64,000 nucleotides of DNA from Spirochaetota bacterium (GCA_963663865.1 OY760686.1:1952001-2016000); one strand, 5' to 3'; shown: positions 19,199 to 28,725, counted from the first letter of the stretch. Translations and numbers: made by a program. The notes: generated by a model from the sequence alone, not told the origin.

Positions 19199-20344
19199 TT
19201 GATGGATGTCTTCAGCAATGTTTTTACTCGACTCATAGGTATAGTATATTTAACTGTTAATCTTATTCTGCTCTACCTTTTTCTTACACCAAAGCGTTCT
19301 CTCCTGTTTCAGATAATCGCTTTTTTGGCAACATTCGTTGTAGTTCATTTTTTCATTCCTCACCCTGAAGGCCTTTATGACACAGATTTCATTCTAAAAG
19401 CCTATCTTCTCGGGACCCTTTACCTGATACCCTGCCTCCTTGTATTCCAGGAAAAAACTTACGCAAAGATTTATGTTTTTTTTATGAATTACACACTTAC
19501 CCAATTTGTCTTTTTGATACTGCTTCACATAGTAAGACTGGCTGGGCCTTCCGTTCCGTCTCTTTGGGTACTTGCAGGCCTGCTTATAGAGGCAGCTTTT
19601 CTCCCCCTGATAAGAAAAAACCTAAAATCACCTCTTTCATTAATTCTGGGACTAATTGACAGCCGATATCCCGCATTTACACTCTTTCCAATTCTTTCAT
19701 TTCTATTACTTGCACACTTTGCTCTGACAGGAGAGATTAACAGTCCAGCTTTTGTAACGCTTACACTTTCTGCCGCATTAATATTCTATTCTTATTACCT
19801 GATTGGTACTGCAATAAAGGCGACACGCAGGGAAAGCGAGTTTGAGCACATTTCCAATTCAGACAGCCTGACTGGAGTTTCAAACCGAAGGCATATGGAA
19901 AGACTAATCAACGAGCAATTACAGCATTTTCGTAAAACCGGAATCGAGTTTTCATTAATTATCGCGGATATTGACCATTTTAAATCAATAAATGATACCT
20001 ACGGCCACGACAATGGAGATGTTTTGCTCGTTGAAGTTGTTAACAAGATAAGCAGTTCAGTAAGGAACGTAGATACGGTTTCACGCTGGGGCGGAGAGGA
20101 GTTTCTTCTGCTTCTGCCTTCGACAGGCCGCGAAAACGCCTTCGCCATGGCTGAAAGGATAAGAAAAAAAATCTCTCATCATGCTTTCATCATTGGATCA
20201 ACCAGATTAAATGTTTCACTCACGCTGGGCGTCTCGGTCATCAGAGCTGATGACACATCGGAAAGTATAATTAAAAGAGCTGATACAGCTCTGTACAGCG
20301 GCAAGAAGTCCACAAGAAACTGTTCTATCATGAGCACAGAGTAA
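19199..20344 (+). CDS. membrane-bound diguanylate cyclase
   Basis: Multi-TM N-terminus; DSLTG, DIDHFKSINDTYGHDNGD, RNVD I-site, RWGGEEF. Confidence 0.93.
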   Translation: MMDVFSNVFTRLIGIVYLTVNLILLYLFLTPKRSLLFQIIAFLATFVVVHFFIPHPEGLYDTDFILKAYLLGTLYLIPCLLVFQEKTYAKIYVFFMNYTLTQFVFLILLHIVRLAGPSVPSLWVLAGLLIEAAFLPLIRKNLKSPLSLILGLIDSRYPAFTLFPILSFLLLAHFALTGEINSPAFVTLTLSAALIFYSYYLIGTAIKATRRESEFEHISNSDSLTGVSNRRHMERLINEQLQHFRKTGIEFSLIIADIDHFKSINDTYGHDNGDVLLVEVVNKISSSVRNVDTVSRWGGEEFLLLLPSTGRENAFAMAERIRKKISHHAFIIGSTRLNVSLTLGVSVIRADDTSESIIKRADTALYSGKKSTRNCSIMSTE

Positions 20345-20480
20345 TTCATATCATAAACCAAACCTGCTCTTATCCCGAGTTAAAACAATCATAAACCCCG
20401 AGAATATTTAATTGACTATAAATGTCAGCAGTACAAGAGTCATGTTATAGAATCTCATTAATCTAAGCTCAGAGGCCCTT

Positions 20481-21731
20481 TTGATAAAGGAAAAAATATT
20501 TTTGATTGTCGTATTCGGATTCATCGCTTCTTTCCAGAGCATATATGGCGGTTCTGACGATTTCAATATTACAGGACTGCCTCTCGCGTCATATTCCACC
20601 GATGAGGACCTCAGGTATGGCGGGCGCGTCTATCTCTACACCGGAAACAGCGGAAGCCGTTCGAGTCAGTACGCCTATCCCTACGACAGCAGAACATATC
20701 TTCAGGCTACGGCTTCGACAAAGGGGCGTCTTGACGCCGAACTGGACTACGACAGCTGCGGCTTTCTTCATGAAAGACTGAGGCTTCAATGCAAACTGTT
20801 TTACGAAAGAATTCTGAACGAAAACTACTTCGGAACAGATGCCGGCAGCACCGACTCTCTCAGGGCACCTGACGGGACTTCCTACTCAACCTACAGCGGC
20901 TATGAAGACCTGTTCCTTAACGCGGACAGCGGAACCTTTGCAAACTACAACCTCTATGAGCATAACACGGCTGAGGGCTCCGCGCGAATCACCGCGATGC
21001 TGCCCTTCGACCTTCGCGTAATGACGGGAATCAGGGCCGGCAGCATTGACATTGATACAAAGGACAATGGAGTTCCGGACTCAACCCTTATGTCCCGTGA
21101 GCAGCCAGCGGGAATACAGGGCGGACTCATTACCTCCTTGCTTTTCAGCGTATCGCACGACACCAGAGACTACGAACCCGATCCGAAGAACGGATCAGCT
21201 TTAGACATCTCTGCTCTCATATCCCCTGACGGGACATTATCCGATTACGGATACTCTGCCTTTTCCGCCTCATACAGAAAGTACGTCTCTTTCAAGTCGA
21301 GGTTTACGCTTGCAATGAGGGCCGCATGGACATACTCTACTGATGGCGCTCCATTCTTCCGGAAGGGAGAATTCCTTACCATGAGCGACGTGATACCGGG
21401 GCTTGGAGGCTACAAGACGCTTCGTGGATACCGGAAAAACCGGTTCGTCGATGACTGCATGACTCTCGCTAATGCCGAATTGCGTGTAAGGCTTGACAGC
21501 TTTACCATTGCCGGTTCAACTTTTCAGCCGGTATATCTGGCATTTGTTGACGCGGGACGTGCCTATGGCGGCCCTGCTGATCCGATAACCGATCCGGATT
21601 TAAACGGCTGTCACACCTCATGGGGCATGGGCGGCGCGGTAGCGTGGAACCGTTCAACGGTGATACACGGCTGGGTTGCAATGTCAAAAGAGGACCTGGG
21701 CATATCAATTAATTTCAATTACATATTCTGA
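20481..21731 (+). CDS. BamA/TamA (Omp85) family outer-membrane beta-barrel protein
   Basis: LGGYKTLRGY..NRF, NAELR, FVDAGR, C-terminal FNYIF; no POTRA domains seen. Confidence 0.82.
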   Translation: MIKEKIFLIVVFGFIASFQSIYGGSDDFNITGLPLASYSTDEDLRYGGRVYLYTGNSGSRSSQYAYPYDSRTYLQATASTKGRLDAELDYDSCGFLHERLRLQCKLFYERILNENYFGTDAGSTDSLRAPDGTSYSTYSGYEDLFLNADSGTFANYNLYEHNTAEGSARITAMLPFDLRVMTGIRAGSIDIDTKDNGVPDSTLMSREQPAGIQGGLITSLLFSVSHDTRDYEPDPKNGSALDISALISPDGTLSDYGYSAFSASYRKYVSFKSRFTLAMRAAWTYSTDGAPFFRKGEFLTMSDVIPGLGGYKTLRGYRKNRFVDDCMTLANAELRVRLDSFTIAGSTFQPVYLAFVDAGRAYGGPADPITDPDLNGCHTSWGMGGAVAWNRSTVIHGWVAMSKEDLGISINFNYIF

Positions 21732-21742
21732 GATGAGAACAC

Positions 21743-22540
21743 ATGAATAAGATACTTACAGCATCAGCCATTATTCTTACAGCGGCGGCAACGCAACCTG
21801 CCGGCGCGGAGGTGAACTACGCTGACATCTTCAGCAGTGAAGAGATCAGGGACGTTACGGCCGGGGCAATAATTACTGACGTGAAGTACTTCGGCGATAC
21901 TGTCTGCACAGGCCGCGTGCGCAAGGCCGGAGACAGCGCGGCTGAGCTCTTCCTGAAAGAGCCGCTTAAGAACTTTCACCTCATCGCTTCAGAGAGGGCC
22001 TTCATCCCACTCCCTAAAAAAAAGATTCCTGAATTTCTAAAGAAGCTCACATCGATAAAGATGCTCGAAGACCTCGACTACTACTCCATGACTGAGAATC
22101 GTGTTGAGCGCTTCATCAAGGACGTCAAAGTTATCCGATTGAATAGCAAGCCGGACGCCGGCAACAGCATTTATTCAGGGGGGGATATTGCCGTTACTGA
22201 CAACAGGTTCGGCCGTATGATGTTCAGGACTTTGATGAAGGCAGGAAGCCGTAGTGTCATCATAGAAAACACAACCACCGAAAGCCTTTCAAAGTTCGGA
22301 TTCACTGTCTGTGAACGCGGCGATTACCGGACATATACGGCGCTCTACTACCTGCCGGCGCATAAAGGCTTTCTATACTATTCAATACACGCCATGAAGA
22401 TAAAGCATTCAGGGATACTGAAGATATATCCGGTTAATCCAGGAAGCTTCGGCAACAGGTTGAGGGCCTCGTTTATTCGTGCCGCGTCATTGGCTGGAGT
22501 GAAGAGGCTGGACCGGCTTGCGGCTTTCAGGGGAAAATGA
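21743..22540 (+). CDS. exported hypothetical protein, DUF6675-like
   Basis: Signal peptide; L.DL.YYS.T, TDNRFG, SFGNRL recalled from a spirochaete family. Confidence 0.55.
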   Translation: MNKILTASAIILTAAATQPAGAEVNYADIFSSEEIRDVTAGAIITDVKYFGDTVCTGRVRKAGDSAAELFLKEPLKNFHLIASERAFIPLPKKKIPEFLKKLTSIKMLEDLDYYSMTENRVERFIKDVKVIRLNSKPDAGNSIYSGGDIAVTDNRFGRMMFRTLMKAGSRSVIIENTTTESLSKFGFTVCERGDYRTYTALYYLPAHKGFLYYSIHAMKIKHSGILKIYPVNPGSFGNRLRASFIRAASLAGVKRLDRLAAFRGK

Positions 22541-22733
22541 CGGTGCCCGGAAAGATAATGCGAACTTGACCGGGCTGCCTGCATATTATTGCATTTTTCT
22601 TGACACAAACGCGCTCTATAGGGAATGTAGAAGCAGCATTGAATGAAGCAGAGATTATTTTGATCTGAGGGTCAATATCCCCCCGCCAAAACAGAGACTC
22701 TGCTCCTGAAAACCCGGTTCGAAACAGGTTAAC

Positions 22734-24134
22734 ATGATAAACATTATACTTTGCGGTGGTACAGGCACAGGGATGTGGCCGGTATCGAGGACGATGTATC
22801 CCAAGCAGTTCGCGGCAATCACAGGCGGACTTTCGACATTTCAGAAAACTGTTTTGAGAAACTCAAAGATGTTCGATGAGTTGTGTATTTCAGCAAGCAG
22901 CGATAACTACTTCATAGCCAAGCATCAGCTCGAATCCGTTCTGACCGGTGAAAAAGTCAGGTATATCCTTGAGCCCGCGGTAAAAAACACCGCGCCGGCA
23001 ATAGCGCTGGCATGCATGGGCATCGATCCGGAGAAAATTGTCGCCGTGACGCCCGCAGACCACATCATCGCGGATGAAAAAGCTTACGCCCGCCTCATGA
23101 GCGAAGCTGCAGAAGCCGCGTTAGAGGACAGGATTGCCGCCATAGGTGTTCCGGCTCTCAAGCCTGTGACTGAGTACGGCTATTTCCGCACAGCGGAAAG
23201 CGGAAACGGCGCTTTGAGAATAGCCGAGTTTCACGAAAAGCCGTCCATCGAAAACGCTTCGCTCTATGTATCTGACAGCAGCTGGTGGTGGAACAGCGGG
23301 ATATATGTTTTCAAAGCGGGCGTGTTTTTATATGAGCTTAAAACCTCATCGCCGGCTCTCTATGAATTTGCCCGCGCCGCATTCGAAGGCGGTGTGAAGT
23401 GCCGCGACAACGGAGCCTCTGGTCTAAAGGTGCCCGCGGATATAATGGAAAAGGTCGAATCAATCAGCATTGAAAAAGCCGTCATTGAGAATACGGGAAA
23501 CATATTCGCTGTTACCGGCGACATCGGCTGGAATGACCTTGGAAGCTTTGATTCGCTCTACTCCGTCTTAAAAAAGGACAGGAACGGTAACACCTCTGAG
23601 GGAAACATCATATACTCCGGCTCAACAAACAATCTCACCATATCAGACAATCGTAAAATCGCGATGGTCGGCGTTGACGATCTGATAGTCGTAGATACCC
23701 CTGACGCTTTGCTTGTCAGCCGCAAAAACGCCTCCGGTGAGCTCAAAGAAGTTGTGTCGCTTCTTCAGGATGAGGTCCCTGAAATAACATCGTTTCACAC
23801 GACTGTGCACCGTCCATGGGGAACATATACAATTCTGGACGAAGGAGAAGGCTTCAAGATCAAGCGTATTGCGGTGAAGCCAGGCAAGAGGCTGTCGCTT
23901 CAGAAACACGCTCAGAGGAGCGAACACTGGGTTGTTGTTTCAGGGACGGCCGTTGTCCAGATAGACGAAAACATGAACACAGTCCAGAAAAACGAATCAA
24001 TTTATGTTCCTGTCGGATCAGCCCACAGGCTGATAAACGAGGGCATGGTTGACCTTATTATTATAGAAACTCAGGTGGGAGACTACCTGGGCGAAGACGA
24101 TATAGTAAGGATTGAGGATGATTACAAGAGGTAG
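22734..24134 (+). CDS. manC: mannose-1-phosphate guanylyltransferase / mannose-6-phosphate isomerase
   Basis: WPVSR..YPKQF, LEP..KNTAPAI, FHEKP, WNSG, WNDLGS, RPWG, SLQKH..RSEHW, YLGEDDIVR. Confidence 0.9.
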   Translation: MINIILCGGTGTGMWPVSRTMYPKQFAAITGGLSTFQKTVLRNSKMFDELCISASSDNYFIAKHQLESVLTGEKVRYILEPAVKNTAPAIALACMGIDPEKIVAVTPADHIIADEKAYARLMSEAAEAALEDRIAAIGVPALKPVTEYGYFRTAESGNGALRIAEFHEKPSIENASLYVSDSSWWWNSGIYVFKAGVFLYELKTSSPALYEFARAAFEGGVKCRDNGASGLKVPADIMEKVESISIEKAVIENTGNIFAVTGDIGWNDLGSFDSLYSVLKKDRNGNTSEGNIIYSGSTNNLTISDNRKIAMVGVDDLIVVDTPDALLVSRKNASGELKEVVSLLQDEVPEITSFHTTVHRPWGTYTILDEGEGFKIKRIAVKPGKRLSLQKHAQRSEHWVVVSGTAVVQIDENMNTVQKNESIYVPVGSAHRLINEGMVDLIIIETQVGDYLGEDDIVRIEDDYKR

Positions 24135-24179
24135 CGTGCCACTTGTTTAACACGGAGAACGTAGTCCCGATGTATAATG

Positions 24180-24204
24180 CGTAACGGCTCGACTGTTCCC
24201 TGCG
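24180..24204 (-). repeat. degenerate REP-like palindrome, inverted relative to the copy at 25982
   Basis: Minus strand GCAGGGAACAGTCGAGCCGTTAC vs GTAGGGGACGGTCGAGACCGTCCC. Confidence 0.35.
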
Positions 24205-24237
24205 TTAATATGTTTATTATCCCCATGCACTGTCTCA

Positions 24238-24600
24238 CACGAAAATGTTCCGGCCTTCGGCTTCCCTACTTCTCTTGTTATCAGCGGGGGCCGACCGGGT
24301 GCTCAAACAAACGCAGCGCTTTTCCCCGCGTCTGACTGCGATGTACTCCGACAAACATGGTGTTTTAGTGCCGATGGCCGCCAGGAATATAATGGCGGAA
24401 TTAAGAAAATGCAGGTCCCCTGCTTCAACAACGCAACCCGGGCGATTTTCAAGGATGAAAATCGCACAGCGCCGACGTTCAGGATGAACTAGTGCCTAAG
24501 CCGCCCAGGAGGGGCAAAAAGGCTTAGGCCTTTTCATCACGATGATGATAACGGAGCTCAAACAGTCGAGTAACTGCAAAAGCCTAGCCCTTCCGGCGCC
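24238..24600. repeat. structured intergenic repeat, copy A
   Basis: Shares TGTTTTAGTGCCGATGGCCGC, AGGTCCCCTGCTTCAACA, GCGATTTTCAAGGATGAAAATCGC, TTTCATCACGATGATGATAACGG and TTCCGGCGCC with 25568-25819. Confidence 0.85.
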
Positions 24601-24857
24601 AAAAGACATTGGTCGAAAAGCAGGCGGTTTTTGCCAACAACAGATTGTCAACAGCACACGTGAATCAAAACAACAATCTATCTTAACGCGGCGAATGCGT
24701 TAGTCTTTCTCACTTAAAAAAAACAAAAACAGTAAAAATTGTAATTGATTTCCAAAGATTCTACTTTTAAGATTAATTGAATATTATTAATAACAATCTT
24801 TTATAATAATGTATTCTCTTAAACATAATTCTACTGCCCTCACTACAGGAGATTTGA

Positions 24858-25040
24858 ATGCTACCCTTAAAACAGAACTATATCATTGATACAAAAGGCA
24901 ATCCCGTTAGCGTGATTATTCCCAAAAAAGACTATGACAAGCTGGTAGATTACATAGAAGAACTGGAAGACATAGCCGCCTATGACTGCGCTAAAAAAGA
25001 GAAAGGTTCTCACAAGCCCTGGAAATCTGTAAAACGCTAA
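24858..25040 (+). CDS. small antitoxin (RelB role)
   Basis: YIIDTKGNPVSVIIP...YIEELEDIAAYD; immediately upstream of RelE; CAGGAG RBS. Confidence 0.78.
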   Translation: MLPLKQNYIIDTKGNPVSVIIPKKDYDKLVDYIEELEDIAAYDCAKKEKGSHKPWKSVKR

Positions 25041-25043
25041 ACA

Positions 25044-25301
25044 ATGTACGAAATTATTTTTCTTTCCTCAGCCGTAAGAGATTATAAAAAATTACCTGAT
25101 AAGGTAGTTCCAGACATAAATGACGCCATTGAAGCCCTTGCAGATAATCCCCATCCACGTGGATGCAAAAAACTAAAAAACCGCAATGCCTTTCGAATAC
25201 GTGTTAATATTTACCGTATAATCTATGAGATTAATGAACAAAATATAACTGTTTTTGTTATCAGAATAAGGCAGAGGAAAGAGGTTTACCGGAATTTATA
25301 A
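25044..25301 (+). CDS. relE: RelE/ParE family toxin
   Basis: YEI.F..SA.RD.KKL, LADNPHPRGCKKL, FRIRVNIYRIIY, RKEVYR. Confidence 0.9.
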   Translation: MYEIIFLSSAVRDYKKLPDKVVPDINDAIEALADNPHPRGCKKLKNRNAFRIRVNIYRIIYEINEQNITVFVIRIRQRKEVYRNL

Positions 25302-25310
25302 TGAACTGCC

Positions 25311-25382
25311 AAATAACAAACACGGAGCACTGACCCGGCCTTCGGCTCTCCTCAACTTGTCAGATGTGGAGGCTCGTTATCT
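25311..25382 (+). other. possible degenerate attC-like site
   Basis: AAATAAC ... GTTATCT ends with internal CTGAC/GTCAG pairing, 9 bp after the relE stop; L boxes pair poorly. Confidence 0.25.
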
Positions 25383-25567
25383 CTCGCAAAGTTCGCCAAG
25401 TATGCGAAGTCCCTGATCTGAAACTTCATGAACTATTATTACCATTCAAATTCCGATGCTGCCTAATTCATTTATATTAATATTCTCCATTGCGTTCTCA
25501 GCGTACTTTGCGAGAACACCATCAATACTGGCGTTTCGTATAGTTTCTTTTGAAGTTTGCTTATTTC

Positions 25568-25861
25568 CACGAGATGTTGGCTTCCCTCCTCATCTTGTCA
25601 TTCGCGGGGGCTGCGAGGTAGTCCGACAAACAGGATGTTTTAGTGCCGATGGCCGCTAGGAACATAATAGCGGTATTAAGAAACTGAAGGTCCCCTGCTT
25701 CAACACCTCAACCAGTGCGATTTTCAAGGATGAAAATCGCCTGGGCGCCGTTTCATCACGATGATGATAACGGCGTTGAAATAGTCTGGTAAAAGGAAAG
25801 GCCAAGCCTTTCCGGCGCCTGAGGAACGGGCTTTGGTCACTTTCGCCCGGACGAAAGTGAC
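25568..25861. repeat. structured intergenic repeat, copy B, ending in hairpin GTCACTTTCG-cccgga-CGAAAGTGAC
   Basis: Direct imperfect copy of 24238-24600 lacking two internal segments. Confidence 0.85.
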
Positions 25862-25981
25862 GAAGAAAAAGGTCTCACACTCCCAGTGTGAAGAAGACTG
25901 CAGGCTCCCTGCAAATAAAAATGCGTGTCACGAAACCCAGCGGCGAAAGAAATGCCCGTGCATTCTGCACAGCAAACAGTC

Positions 25982-26005
25982 GTAGGGGACGGTCGAGACC
26001 GTCCC
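25982..26005 (+). repeat. GTAG-type REP element
   Basis: GTAG followed by perfect palindrome GGGACGGTC-GA-GACCGTCCC. Confidence 0.7.
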
Positions 26006-26350
26006 GAATAAACAAAGTACCACGCTCGAAGCGTGAAATAGACGGCAGGCCCCCCTGCCAGAAGAGAAGCGTATCGCGCATCAGAGCGAGTTAATGCCAG
26101 CAGCCAAACACCAGGATAATCTAATCGGTGTTGACACGGATCATTCCTGCTGATAATAATCAGCTTATAGCAAAAAAATGAACAAACAGAGCTTCATTAT
26201 TAAGAATCAGTACATGAAACAGTTCTAATGATTATAATGCAAAAATAGCTGAACTCAAAATGAGGGCTATTTGATTTCTTTTACAAACACATCAACTCGC
26301 TTATTAGGATATCTATAAATTCTTAAAACTTAAAGGATGGTTTGATATAA

Positions 26351-28597
26351 ATGCGGAATAATGAGATTAAAGAATTGAGCATTATTCGTTCACTTATGAT
26401 ACTCTGTATTTTCATAACCCATTACTACGAGTTCTTCAATCCAGGAGATTCTGCAGCATTTGGAAATCCATCTGCGGGTTGGCCTTCATTAGGTGAAAGG
26501 TTCGCACAACTAAGACCTTTAGAATATGTAGATTGGACTTCCATAGTTGAGAATATTTATAGATATCTCGCCTTGTTTGGCGATCAAGGAGTTCAAATCT
26601 TTTTTTTGATAAGCGCTTTTGTTCTTACTCTGGGTTTTGAAAGAAAAAAGAATGGGCTTTTAACCTATAAAGAATTTCTATCTAAACGATTTTTCCGTAT
26701 TTATCCAGCCTGGATATTGGCTCATTCAGGTTTAGTCCTAACATGGATAATCTTTGGTGCGGGCATTAGTCTATTTTCAATAAACACCTGGCTGAGTATG
26801 GCCGGAGTCAGGATTATACCTTCTCTCTATTATTATGGATCTCCGGCCTGGTGGTTTGTAGGCTGCCTGCTGCAATTATATCTGATTTATCCATTTGTTT
26901 ACAACTGTACGATTGGGAAGAATTTACCAGTTCGCCTCCTCTATTTAATAGTGATATCAACTATTATAAGGCTGTGTGGACTCGTTTTCCTTTCAAACTA
27001 TTTTCCGCATTATCTTGATGCATGGTCCCGTGGATTATTTTTTATTGTAAGAATGCCGGAATTCCTTATTGGAATTTATTTCGCGGATAAATACATGAAG
27101 AACAGGGAAACAACTCTGTCTTTTATTAAATCCTCTCGAGGCATCATCATAGCCCTTGGCATCTGGCTCGCAGGAAATATTCTTTCATTTACCTTAATAG
27201 GAATGTCAGTTTCATTTTTACTCACAGGAATTGGAGGATTCTGCCTTTTATGGGGATTGCTCTTAAAAATCAAGACAACTCAAAACAACCTGTTATTACG
27301 ACTAAACAACATCTCCTATGAATTCTATTTAGTCCATCATGTTATTATATTGTATATAGCTTATAAGCTCCAAAACATAGTGTCTTTTCACGCGATTACT
27401 ATTATCCTTATTTTTACAATAACCCTTATATTCTCAATTATCCTTAGAAGGGTTTCTCGGAATCGGTATATTATTACCTTTCTAAAAAAATCATTGTCTT
27501 TCCTGTGGAACAGGAAAAGGCATATTTGCATTTCACTTTTAATCCTTTATTTATTATTAATTGGCTTTGAATTGATAATTCAAAGAACTAATCCACAGGA
27601 AATTTATGGCTGGGGGGAAAGACCTGCACTGCAACCCGACAATAAATTCGGCTATAAACTAAAACCTTCAACCCGGACGAGATTGATGTGGCAAAGTTAC
27701 GATTATCATGTGAATTCAAACTCCTCAGGATTTCCTGGAATGGAATATTCCATGGAAAAACAATCAGGAACAAAAAGATTTATTATTACCGGAGATGCGT
27801 TTGAAAGTGCAGAAGGTGTTGATACTGAAAAAAGCTGGCCCTCATTGCTGGAAGAATATCTGAACACTGACAGTAAATCAAATTATGAAGTCATGAATTT
27901 TTCTATTACCGGATGGGGACCACAGCATTACTTTAGAGCTCTTAACGAATATGTTCCACAGTATCGTCCTGATGCAGTATTTGTCGCACTTTTCATTAAC
28001 GATTTAACTGACGTCTTCATTACGGATAAAGCATTTATGGATTCTATAGGCTTTGGCAGGCCTTCTCCCTTCGGATTTAAGTCAACAGTGAGGCTGGAAC
28101 ATACAAGAAAGCTTATCCACATCAAGAAGGGGCGGCTTTTAGCACTGATTAACAAAAACAGATATCCCTATGATTATTATTTAGGTCACCCGGACAAATT
28201 CCTTATTAAAAACTATCCAAAATTAAAGGAAGGCCAGCAGTTAGTATCCAAGTATCTGAAAAATATACTATTATTATGCGAAAAGTATGATTCGGACTTA
28301 TACATAATTCTTGTCCCATCGTCTTTACAATCCGCCGATCCAGGTGAGATTAATTACATTCCTGAAAATATCGATTTAAGAAATAACAAACTCTATGATC
28401 TAAACCAGCCCCAAAATTTATTAATAGAAATCTGCGATAATTTAAACTTAAAGTATTATGATTTAAGAGAATTGTTTCAAATAAATAAAGGGAGAAATAT
28501 TTTCCAACCTGATAATATGCATTTTACAAAAAATGGACATAAGATTACGGCAGAATGGATGAAGGAAAATATTCTGAAGCTTAATTATAACAGGTAG
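26351..28597 (+). CDS. acyltransferase-3 / SGNH-hydrolase-like fusion (O-acetyltransferase-like)
   Basis: GVQIFFLISAF, KRFFRIYP, WWFV..LLQLYLIYP, ISYEFYLVH; C-terminal GDAF, GWGP, FIND, DNMHF..NGH. Confidence 0.85.
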   Translation: MRNNEIKELSIIRSLMILCIFITHYYEFFNPGDSAAFGNPSAGWPSLGERFAQLRPLEYVDWTSIVENIYRYLALFGDQGVQIFFLISAFVLTLGFERKKNGLLTYKEFLSKRFFRIYPAWILAHSGLVLTWIIFGAGISLFSINTWLSMAGVRIIPSLYYYGSPAWWFVGCLLQLYLIYPFVYNCTIGKNLPVRLLYLIVISTIIRLCGLVFLSNYFPHYLDAWSRGLFFIVRMPEFLIGIYFADKYMKNRETTLSFIKSSRGIIIALGIWLAGNILSFTLIGMSVSFLLTGIGGFCLLWGLLLKIKTTQNNLLLRLNNISYEFYLVHHVIILYIAYKLQNIVSFHAITIILIFTITLIFSIILRRVSRNRYIITFLKKSLSFLWNRKRHICISLLILYLLLIGFELIIQRTNPQEIYGWGERPALQPDNKFGYKLKPSTRTRLMWQSYDYHVNSNSSGFPGMEYSMEKQSGTKRFIITGDAFESAEGVDTEKSWPSLLEEYLNTDSKSNYEVMNFSITGWGPQHYFRALNEYVPQYRPDAVFVALFINDLTDVFITDKAFMDSIGFGRPSPFGFKSTVRLEHTRKLIHIKKGRLLALINKNRYPYDYYLGHPDKFLIKNYPKLKEGQQLVSKYLKNILLLCEKYDSDLYIILVPSSLQSADPGEINYIPENIDLRNNKLYDLNQPQNLLIEICDNLNLKYYDLRELFQINKGRNIFQPDNMHFTKNGHKITAEWMKENILKLNYNR

Positions 28598-28725
28598 GTT
28601 AGATGATTATAGGGCATCATAAGCTGTCTTCATGAATTTTGTTTGATTACAAACTTCTTAAATTATAGGACTTATGATGTCTTTTTATCCCTGTTACACT
28701 TCCCTATTGAATTATGGAATCTTCA

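Noticed and set aside
16075-20400. Intact integrative element or prophage at tRNA-Pro
   Set aside because: No integrase, phage genes or attR duplication seen
24238-25861. CRISPR array
   Set aside because: Only two long imperfect copies, no regular repeat-spacer period and no cas genes
24245-26094. ORFs 24245-24487, 25456-25659, 25875-26081 and 25888-26094 as genes
   Set aside because: They run through hairpin repeats, and the reading frames are not preserved between repeat copies
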